DNA from: Escherichia phage vB_EcoM_Goslar
Sequence record: NC_048170.1
Reading direction: 5' to 3' (one strand)
DNA length: 64,000 nucleotides
Under the pieces are notes generated by a model that was not told the DNA's origin, did no database searches, and saw nothing but the letters and a program-made list of their open reading frames with translations. The position numbers and the translations under genes are program-made. Positions 1 to 7,600 of the stretch are shown here, piece after piece (position 1 is the stretch's first letter; every line of letters starts with the position of its first letter).

Positions 1-1081
1 TACGCTGATCGCCAGTAAACGTGATCTTCGCTTTAAAGATCAAACCGAATAACGACGTCATGGGATCATACGCAATACAACCGTGATCCAGCGTATCCGT
101 TGTCCGCCATTCTATCCCGACCAACCCGTTAGCGGTATGGCATCGCATATACGCATTAAGGACCATGTCTTCACTGACAACCGCGAAGTTCTCTGTTGAC
201 TGACCGTTGATAATCCAATACATCGGTTGCCAGAGGTTACGCGTACCTTTTGCGTAGCGGTAGGTTGGTGCGCCTTTAGGGTTGCCATTATTGAGATGGA
301 ATACGGCAGTACCTTGATAATGGTCGTTCGTATTAATCGGAACACTGTAAGCATCACCGAGATCCGTACGTTCCACCTTCGTGACTGTTGCGTTTTCAAA
401 CAACCCACGTAGCGCCGGTAAACCGATATCTTCAGGTGCGTTTTCTCGACGAATCGCATCCGCGATGCGGTGGGCTAAGGCGGGGTAAATGGCCTCACCC
501 TGCTGTAGGTTTGCAAGACCTACAAAGCGATCGGGGTCGATGCCAGCAATCAATAACTCGACATCACCCTTCGTTCTATCGTCGTTAAGATATTTCAGTC
601 CGGTAAGGTCAAGATGCTGAATAAGCGACAACAGGTTGTATTTACGGTTTTCAACAGTTAGTACAAGATCGCCTGCCCAAACCAAACTTCCCTCATCCGC
701 TGTTACTTTAACGGATTGTCGGCCTGTGGTAGACGTTGTTGTCGTTTTATTTAATTGTCCTTGTAGGAAGTCGGTTGCGAGGTCAAAGGCAATGCCGTAA
801 CGGTCAGCGACCGCTTGCATGATTTCACGTAACTGGGTATCTTCTTCAATGATAATCTTGATAGGTATTCCCAAGAACGCTTTAGCGAGGTCTCGTTTAA
901 CCAACGAGACGAATACGGATTTGTAGTATCGGCTTCCATCTTTCCCTTTAAAAAGAATGGAGGTTGTTTCGGGTGCCGATAGAACACGTGCAAATTCAAC
1001 ATCGTCGAATGTAAGAGAAAGTCCGTTTTTCTCGTTGACCAATCTTAGTATTTCATTTTGCGCGGTTTCATGTAACTTCAT
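1..1081 (-). CDS. tail fiber / receptor-binding-like protein, partial (3' end beyond window); N-terminal module shared with 6868..7413 and 49134..50585
   Basis: Hand translation of minus strand from ATG at 1081..1079 (MKLHETAQNEILRLVNEKNGLSLTFDDVEF...VKRDLAKAFLGIPIKIIIEED...) checked codon by codon down to about position 360 with no stop and assumed open to position 1; absent from ORF track because no stop lies in the window; N-terminus aligns with the two paralogs. Confidence 0.6.
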   Translation of the reverse strand, partial: MKLHETAQNEILRLVNEKNGLSLTFDDVEFARVLSAPETTSILFKGKDGSRYYKSVFVSLVKRDLAKAFLGIPIKIIIEEDTQLREIMQAVADRYGIAFDLATDFLQGQLNKTTTTSTTGRQSVKVTADEGSLVWAGDLVLTVENRKYNLLSLIQHLDLTGLKYLNDDRTKGDVELLIAGIDPDRFVGLANLQQGEAIYPALAHRIADAIRRENAPEDIGLPALRGLFENATVTKVERTDLGDAYSVPINTNDHYQGTAVFHLNNGNPKGAPTYRYAKGTRNLWQPMYWIINGQSTENFAVVSEDMVLNAYMRCHTANGLVGIEWRTTDTLDHGCIAYDPMTSLFGLIFKAKITFTGDQR

Positions 1082-1103
1082 TAAAAACCTCTGCCCTTTA
1101 GAA

Positions 1104-1745
1104 TTAGATGTACTGCTTACCGCCCACGAAGGAAGTTAACCAGTTACCCGAAACAAGCTGCGAAGCCCAGCCAGGCACTGCCCTACCGTTCTGACTCATG
1201 ATGTTACCACACCAACCAGGGAATCCGGGACGGATGTAATAGAAAGTTAAATTGTAGAGATGGCAATTCCATACCGCAACGTTATGTTTACCAGAAACCG
1301 CTTTAAAGATAAATGCGACAGGTAACGGAGACGATAACAATTCGGTCACAGGGACGGCTGACCAGTTCGCATTCGCGTTCCATGGCTGCCAGGTATGGCT
1401 ACGCGAGTCACCGTTGACGTTACCGTTGCTACCGCGTCCGCCCGCGTTCCACCATAGCGACGGACTCATGTTCTTAAGTGAGGTAAATTGCTGCGGTGGA
1501 ATATTCGGAATGATAACAGGGTTGGTACCTTGTCCGTGTTTCTTTTCTTTTGCGTTCACATAGCCGTTTATCGATTCCAGGTATTTGACACCAGGATAAT
1601 TGTTCTGGACTTGTGTCGCAATATCACGAACGTCGAACGTCCAGCAGATCATGGTGTTGTAGTAAGCGTCGGTGTTATCGTGCCATGAGTTACCATCTTG
1701 TAAACGTGCGCCACTATTCGGTGTTTTATCTGTACTTATAGCCAT
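1104..1745 (-). CDS. hypothetical protein (213 aa, Trp/Asn/Gly-rich), tail-module associated
   Basis: ORF track; minus strand between lipoprotein gene and partial fiber paralog; no recognisable motif. Confidence 0.5.
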   Translation of the reverse strand: MAISTDKTPNSGARLQDGNSWHDNTDAYYNTMICWTFDVRDIATQVQNNYPGVKYLESINGYVNAKEKKHGQGTNPVIIPNIPPQQFTSLKNMSPSLWWNAGGRGSNGNVNGDSRSHTWQPWNANANWSAVPVTELLSSPLPVAFIFKAVSGKHNVAVWNCHLYNLTFYYIRPGFPGWCGNIMSQNGRAVPGWASQLVSGNWLTSFVGGKQYI

Positions 1746-1884
1746 GGTCTTGTCCTATATGTTGGTGGTTGAGGTGGCGGATATCGGATGCGTGCTGGAC
1801 GTGAACCCTATAGTTCGCGCTATCGCCATTTTCTACCTCGTTTCTATTCTCAAAAAGGAAATTTCATACGATGACGCCATAGCA

Positions 1885-1914
1885 GCTCCTCCTTCCCTGA
1901 CGGGTTGGAGGAGC
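1885..1914 (-). terminator. intergenic hairpin (8-bp stem GCTCCTCC/GGAGGAGC) downstream of lipoprotein gene
   Basis: Inverted repeat read directly; U-rich stretch follows on minus strand only after a spacer. Confidence 0.35.
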
Positions 1915-1922
1915 ATACTTAA

Positions 1923-2426
1923 TTACTTACTGATAACCTCAACGGAATTGGGATCAGCGATCAACGCACGATCGGTAGAACAATTGAAGAAGACCATGCC
2001 AACACCATCGCCGTTCGAGTTCAGGGTTGAACTTGCGTAAGACAATGTTGGTTTATTCATGCGGTAGAAGCGTTCGCTGGTTGCGGTATTGAACCCCAGA
2101 TCAACGTAGTCTTTCACCGTGGTATACAACTGGGTGGACTCGAAAACGGTTACCGGAGAGTCGACGGTAAACTGACTACCTTCATCCACAACCAGAACTT
2201 TATCGTTCCAGATTTCAGTGGTTGAAAACTTCGGTTTCCAATGTTCGAATTCCTGGGTTGCGCCCCAGCAGGAATACACAGCGAGATTGCTGTTCTTCTC
2301 AACAGGTTTCAACCCCACCAGTTGTGTCAGGTCTTTATCCAGGTTCGGTAAGCCTTCCAGCGTAGCGCACCCACCCAGAGAAAGCACCATCAACATACCA
2401 AGAATAATCGCGCAAAGTTTCTTCAT
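1923..2426 (-). CDS. putative lipoprotein (signal peptide with lipobox-like LSLGGC)
   Basis: N-terminus MKKLCAIILGMLMVLSLGGCATLEG: basic residues, hydrophobic core, Cys after LGG; directly downstream of tail fiber assembly gene. Confidence 0.6.
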   Translation of the reverse strand: MKKLCAIILGMLMVLSLGGCATLEGLPNLDKDLTQLVGLKPVEKNSNLAVYSCWGATQEFEHWKPKFSTTEIWNDKVLVVDEGSQFTVDSPVTVFESTQLYTTVKDYVDLGFNTATSERFYRMNKPTLSYASSTLNSNGDGVGMVFFNCSTDRALIADPNSVEVISK

Positions 2427-2470
2427 CGTCGGATTTCCTTATGTGTTAACGGAAGTGATTTCCATAGTAA

Positions 2471-2887
2471 TTACTTAGCAGCAGGAAATTCCGGCCAATC
2501 GATATTTGGTGCAGCATCGGTATCGACAGCCGACACCGCGTCAACGTAATCCAAAACGGCGTTAAGTCGGGTCGTTTCTTCCGGAGTCAGTTTTCGCCCA
2601 GCCCGTAATTTTAACTGAATAAGATCGATGGAAGCCAGCGAAGAATCAATCAAAGATTGTTTTATCTGTTCTGCCTCGGCGACAAGTTCTTCGTGTTGCC
2701 GCTCGGGTTCCGGAGGCGCGATAAACTCGCCGTTTGAGTATAACCAACCTATTCCAGGTGACACAGCTGCCGTATCGCTAATGCTAACCAGCTGCTGATT
2801 GTCGAATATATCGAGCTCTGCTTCACCATCGTAAACAATCGTGTTTACTACCACTCCATTTTCAATAACAGCGTATAATGTACTCAT
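2471..2887 (-). CDS. tail fiber assembly protein (Tfa-type chaperone)
   Basis: C-terminus ...LNAVLDYVDAVSAVDTDAAPNIDWPEFP resembles the conserved C-terminal motif of lambda Tfa / Mu U-type tail fiber assembly proteins; start chosen at ATG 2887 (MSTLYAVIENG) forming TAATG overlap with fiber stop; ORF track gives 2471..2911. Confidence 0.7.
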   Translation of the reverse strand: MSTLYAVIENGVVVNTIVYDGEAELDIFDNQQLVSISDTAAVSPGIGWLYSNGEFIAPPEPERQHEELVAEAEQIKQSLIDSSLASIDLIQLKLRAGRKLTPEETTRLNAVLDYVDAVSAVDTDAAPNIDWPEFPAAK

Positions 2888-5800
2888 TACATAAACTCCT
2901 CGATGATGCAAATCCCATTAGCACCACGCCCACCAGGCTTAGCGGTTCCTGAGTAAGAGTTATCGTAAGCACCACCACCACCCGAACCAGGCGCGAGGCC
3001 GTTATGGGCGGTGCCAACACCAGCGCGACCGCCACCGCCCCAATATGACGCACCCCCACATCCACCGACGGCAATAGTACCGGCTTGTCCATCGCTACCG
3101 TCTCCGCCCGGAATGCGTATATCCCCGGTAGCAGGTGCGCCCCCATAGCCACCGCCAGTGTTTGTGACAGTTGTTTTTCCTGCGCCTTGCCCGCCGGGAG
3201 CAGTTAGCAGGGATGCAAATTTACTATCCCCACCCCCGTTCCCAGACGTCGCCCCAGAGCCACCGGAACCACCAGAACCAATTATAACAGAATAACTAGC
3301 AGCTGTTACCGTTATAACCGAAATTACTGTTCCGCCAGCTCCTCCCCCAGCACCAAAAAACGTTTCGCTGTTGGAATAAGCCTGACAGCCACCGCCGCCA
3401 CCGCCGCCACCGGTTATTGTTACTCTAATCCGTTTTGTTCCTTGTGTTGGAGTGTACGTCCCTGACGATGTGAAAACACGCATGTTCAGTAAACGTCCGA
3501 CATATCCGCTAGAATCGGCTAAACCAAGATCTTTAGCTGCTAACGTGATATTAGCTGTACCATCGAAAGGTTTACCGTTAATCGTGCGCGCAGTTTGCAA
3601 CTTCGTCGCCGTGGCTGCGTTCCCTGATGTATTCTGGTTCCCCGCGACGTTAACACCTGGTAGATTGATGTTCGCACTACCGTCGAAAGACACCCCACCA
3701 ATGGTGCGGGCTGTTTTCAGTTTTGTCGCCGTGGCGGCATTCCCCGTAGTGTCTTGGTTTCCTGCTGCGTTAACACCCGGCAGACTGATATTTGCCGTAC
3801 CATCGAACGCGACACCGCCAATCGTCCTTGCCGTTTGTAGTTTTGTCGCCGTGGCGGCATTACCGGTTGTGCTTTGGTTACCGGTGGTGTTTACCCCAGG
3901 TAGGCTGATATTTGCTGTTCCGTCAAATGAAACGCCGCCAATCGTCCTTGCCGTTTGCAACTTCGTTGCGGATGCCGCGTTCCCCGTGGTGTTTTGGTTA
4001 CCTGTTGCATTCACACCAGGGATACTATCCTTAGATGTATAGATCTGTGCCCATTCCGACCAATTCGAATCGGCTGCATCCCGACGAGAACGAAGATAGG
4101 CTGGCGCATGCGCCCCCGATGTACCAGACCATCCAATAAGGATCTCACCTTCACCTACTGCGGTTGCGCCTTTAAGATGAATAATATTGCCGTACGCTGT
4201 AGGGTATCCGTTATTGTACGCTTCATACATCTGGATACCCGTATTGCTACCCTGGGTCGCATTAGCTAAAGCGGTGACCCGTCCCTTGGAAGCGAGCACG
4301 TTAATGCTAAAGCTAATATCAGTTGTACCGTCAAAGGCGACCCCATTAATCCTCCGTGCCGTTTGGAGTTTCGTGGCAGTAGCCGCATTACCAGAAGTGC
4401 TCTGGTTACCCGCTTTGTTCACACCCGGTAAATCAATGTTGGCAGTCCCATCAAACGACACACCCCCTATGGTTCTCGCCGTCTGGAGTTTTGTTGCTGA
4501 ACCGGCGTTTCCGGAAGTGCTTTGATTGCCCGCGGCGTTGACACCAGGTAGGTTAATGCTAGCAGAACCATCAAAAGAAACTCCACCGATCGTAATGGTC
4601 GTTTGCAACTTCGTGGCTGTCGCAGCGTTACCCGTCGTATTCTGATTACCAGCTGCATTGACGCCAGGTAATGCGATATCAGTTGTACCGTCAAAAGCGA
4701 CACCACCGATTTTACGGGCGGTCTGTAGCTTGGTTGCGCTTCCTGCGTTTCCGCTGGTGTCTTGGTTTCCTGCAGCGTTAACACCCGGTAGACTGATGCT
4801 GACCGAACCATCGAAACTCACACCACCGATCGTAACAGCGGTTTTCAATTTCGTGGCAGTAGCTGCGTTACCGGTTGTATTTTGATTGCCTGTCGCATTA
4901 ACGCCCGGTAATGCAATATCCGCTGTTCCGTCAAAGGCAACGCCACCGATTCTACGTGCAGTTTGTAGCTTGGTCGCTGTAGCGGCATTACCGCTGGTAT
5001 TTTGCGTGCCTGCTTTATTTACACCGGGAAGATCGATGTTAGCAGAACCGTCGAAGCTAACGCCACCTATCGTTCTTGCCGTAGCAAGTTTAGCTGCTGT
5101 AGCAGCGGCGTTACCGACTTTTAACCATTCGCCCCATGGACCATCCTGGCCGTTCCATGATGCCGTTAAACTACGTACGTAAATATTGCCGGTACGTACA
5201 GTGTAACGTTGTGTTCCACCGAATTGCCCGGTTGGGAGCACTTCAATGTAACCTGCGGCGTTTGCTTCAGGGAAATTGTGGGCGACGTCCGCGTTCGTCG
5301 TTATTGGTTTAGACCAAATACCCACAGATGCTTCGACTGGACCGAAGGTATTCAGATTTGCGTCCGTCGCCATAGCACCATTAAATTTCAGGTACGTCTC
5401 TGGCGATAATCCGATCGTTTTAGCAAACGCAACTTTATCTACGATATCACTACCGTTATTCCCTGCCTGCAATGCTGTCTTAGCTGCCTTTATGGTTTCT
5501 GTCAATCCAAGATACAGTAAGACCGCATCAACGCTTCCTTTGCTTAGCAGATTCAGACCTGTTGACGTTACGTTAGTTAGCCCGATTTGGTTCCGTCCAG
5601 TAAAATAAGGGAGTTTATTCGCATCTGTTGTTAGGTTAGACCACGCGGTCAGCAACGCGTTCAACGGTTGTTTACCCGCCAACGCATTGGTTACTGTCGT
5701 TGCGAAATTAGGATCGTTCCCTAAAGCTTGAGCCAGCTCATTAAGCGTATTTAGCGCTTCTGGAGACGAGTCGATCAGCGATGCGATAGCACGCATCACA

Positions 5801-6861
5801 AATTCCGTGTTGGCAATCTGTCGACTGCTATCGTTCTCTGCAGCCGTAGGCGCTGCCGGGATACCGGTGAACACAGGGCTATTAAGATCTGCCTTGAGAG
5901 CGATGAGACGTTTAAGTGCGTCGACATCGACTTTCAGGTTTTCCCATCCGATGAGAGAACCACCACTGGCGTTATGATAACGGTTGTACCAGAAGTCGCC
6001 GTTAACGCCAAAAAAGAATATACCTTTCTCTTCGTATTGTGGGCCAGAACTATTTCGTGATGTTTCGATATATTTGATTTCAATAAGACCGCTAAACACC
6101 ACTCCTGGGATTATATTGTTGTTTCCAGCTGACTGTGATACCTGGTAAATCCCCGGGGTTGCGGCTTTAACCCATGTTAAGAATTCTGTTACTCCAGCGG
6201 CACCGCTAAAATTCTTAACGTCGGTAAGTATCGCCCCATAACCGAACATACCGGGTAGAGCCACTCGTTCGCTGGTACGGTCACGAATATCTGTCGCAAC
6301 AACGGGCAATTGTTTACGAACAGCATTAACCGCTTTAGGCGTGGCCGATTTTGTCTCGTCGTCGCTATCGGTTTCATTACTTAGAATAGTTAAACCGCGT
6401 GTAGCAGTAGTTGCATCAGGAAGAAATGCGTTATCCAACACCTTAAGCTGTATTGCACTCGTATTACTAACAACGACATGCACCTGACAGTTAAGAACGC
6501 TGGTTGCGCCTTCGGCAGGCGTAGGCTTATATCTTTCTGGCGCACTGCAGACGGCAATCAGAACACCTTGGTCATCATACAGACCGATCTCACGTACCCA
6601 GAACCCACCTTGACCAGCGGGAATAATACCCTCAACGATAATCCTGGTTGTGCTATCACCATCCGCATGGATATTAGAAACTTCCCCACGATAAACTTCG
6701 TGAACAAGCGCTGTTTGGCTGGCGGTCGGGGTTGGGATCGAGCCGTTACCATCACCAACGGCAAAGTGTGTGATTTTTAGTTTCTCACCGTCGGGAAGTA
6801 ACGCAGCGGTGATACGTTCTGCTCCTTTATCGGTAACTACCGTTATATATGCTGTACTCAT
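2887..6861 (-). CDS. tail fiber protein (1324 aa): P2 gpH-like N-terminal domain, about 11 tandem 40-aa fiber repeats, glycine-rich C-terminal region
   Basis: N-terminus MSTAYITVVTDKGAERITAALLPDGEKLKITHFAVGDGNGSIP...GGFWVREIGLYDDQGVLIAV resembles P2 gpH N-terminus; repeats of the form TARTIGGVSFDGSANIDLPGVNxAGNQNTxGNAATATKLQ; C-terminal GGGGGGGG and GxGG runs. Confidence 0.85.
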   Translation of the reverse strand: MSTAYITVVTDKGAERITAALLPDGEKLKITHFAVGDGNGSIPTPTASQTALVHEVYRGEVSNIHADGDSTTRIIVEGIIPAGQGGFWVREIGLYDDQGVLIAVCSAPERYKPTPAEGATSVLNCQVHVVVSNTSAIQLKVLDNAFLPDATTATRGLTILSNETDSDDETKSATPKAVNAVRKQLPVVATDIRDRTSERVALPGMFGYGAILTDVKNFSGAAGVTEFLTWVKAATPGIYQVSQSAGNNNIIPGVVFSGLIEIKYIETSRNSSGPQYEEKGIFFFGVNGDFWYNRYHNASGGSLIGWENLKVDVDALKRLIALKADLNSPVFTGIPAAPTAAENDSSRQIANTEFVMRAIASLIDSSPEALNTLNELAQALGNDPNFATTVTNALAGKQPLNALLTAWSNLTTDANKLPYFTGRNQIGLTNVTSTGLNLLSKGSVDAVLLYLGLTETIKAAKTALQAGNNGSDIVDKVAFAKTIGLSPETYLKFNGAMATDANLNTFGPVEASVGIWSKPITTNADVAHNFPEANAAGYIEVLPTGQFGGTQRYTVRTGNIYVRSLTASWNGQDGPWGEWLKVGNAAATAAKLATARTIGGVSFDGSANIDLPGVNKAGTQNTSGNAATATKLQTARRIGGVAFDGTADIALPGVNATGNQNTTGNAATATKLKTAVTIGGVSFDGSVSISLPGVNAAGNQDTSGNAGSATKLQTARKIGGVAFDGTTDIALPGVNAAGNQNTTGNAATATKLQTTITIGGVSFDGSASINLPGVNAAGNQSTSGNAGSATKLQTARTIGGVSFDGTANIDLPGVNKAGNQSTSGNAATATKLQTARRINGVAFDGTTDISFSINVLASKGRVTALANATQGSNTGIQMYEAYNNGYPTAYGNIIHLKGATAVGEGEILIGWSGTSGAHAPAYLRSRRDAADSNWSEWAQIYTSKDSIPGVNATGNQNTTGNAASATKLQTARTIGGVSFDGTANISLPGVNTTGNQSTTGNAATATKLQTARTIGGVAFDGTANISLPGVNAAGNQDTTGNAATATKLKTARTIGGVSFDGSANINLPGVNVAGNQNTSGNAATATKLQTARTINGKPFDGTANITLAAKDLGLADSSGYVGRLLNMRVFTSSGTYTPTQGTKRIRVTITGGGGGGGGCQAYSNSETFFGAGGGAGGTVISVITVTAASYSVIIGSGGSGGSGATSGNGGGDSKFASLLTAPGGQGAGKTTVTNTGGGYGGAPATGDIRIPGGDGSDGQAGTIAVGGCGGASYWGGGGRAGVGTAHNGLAPGSGGGGAYDNSYSGTAKPGGRGANGICIIEEFM
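3520..4030. repeat. tandem approx 120-nt coding repeats (array 1, about 4 units) inside tail fiber gene
   Basis: Recurring ttgtcgccgtggcggcattccc... units at about 3600, 3720, 3840, 3960. Confidence 0.7.
4290..5110. repeat. tandem approx 120-nt coding repeats (array 2, about 7 units) inside tail fiber gene
   Basis: Recurring units at about 4370, 4490, 4610, 4730, 4850, 4970, 5090; separated from array 1 by a non-repeat insert. Confidence 0.7.
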
Positions 6862-6867
6862 GGTGTT

Positions 6868-7413
6868 TTATCCTGGATAAATAGTGATGATATCACCAAT
6901 GACGGTTGTGGCACCGGCGTAAAGATGAGCCGGAGATACATCGTGTTGGTTTGTCACAGTAAGATCCAATCGACCACGCCAAACCACGGAGGTATTCGCG
7001 ATGGGGATAGAAATCTTTTTGGATATATCGTCACGAAAATCAATAACAGTGGCAAGGGTAACCGCATCAAAATCAACGTCGGGGTCAAAGACGAACCCGT
7101 ATTGATCTGAAATCGCCCGAATAATCGCATGTATAGTTGTTGTCTCGACGGACTCTAAAACGATTTTTACCGGTATTCCTAAAAATGCCTTCGCGATATC
7201 GCGTCGAGCGTAAACGATAAAACTTTCACCACACCACTTTGTTCCTTCATTTGCTGTGACGATCACTTTTGCCCTGTTAGCACCAGAACTCCCATCCAAG
7301 GTTAATGTAAGATCGGAGTTGCTGAACACGCTACCGTTACGTTGGTTTATCAACGTAATCAGTTCGTCTTTCCATGGCGGGTAAAGTGAACGCATAAGCG
7401 CACCCTCCTCCAA
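6868..7413 (-). CDS. tail fiber-associated protein (181 aa) consisting of the shared N-terminal module
   Basis: MRSLYPPWKDELITLINQRNG...RRDIAKAFLGIPVKIVLES...YGFVFDPDVDF aligns with N-termini of 1..1081 and 49134..50585 proteins; immediately upstream of fiber gene. Confidence 0.6.
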   Translation of the reverse strand: MEEGALMRSLYPPWKDELITLINQRNGSVFSNSDLTLTLDGSSGANRAKVIVTANEGTKWCGESFIVYARRDIAKAFLGIPVKIVLESVETTTIHAIIRAISDQYGFVFDPDVDFDAVTLATVIDFRDDISKKISIPIANTSVVWRGRLDLTVTNQHDVSPAHLYAGATTVIGDIITIYPG

Positions 7414-7600
7414 TAATCAAATTAAAATGTAAAACGCCTCGAAACCGGAGTGCGATTCGAGGTAAACGTAAACAGTCCAGACGACCGCATAAAATTCCGC
7501 GCATATTGCCCCTCTACCCCGACAAAGCGAGATAGAGGGGAGGATAATACGATTATGCTACTACACTCCAAAGTTCATGGGGCGGTAATCGCCCCATCGG

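Noticed and set aside
3520-5110. Possible CRISPR array suggested by regular 120-nt periodicity
   Set aside because: Units are contiguous imperfect coding repeats without short direct repeats separated by unique spacers, and they translate into the 40-aa fiber repeat
3452-5608. Plus-strand ORFs 3452..4042, 4187..4525, 4658..4885, 4886..5182 and others with repetitive Pro/Ala/Val-rich translations
   Set aside because: They lie antisense within the tail fiber gene and their periodicity simply mirrors the 120-nt fiber repeats in another frame; treated as shadow ORFs
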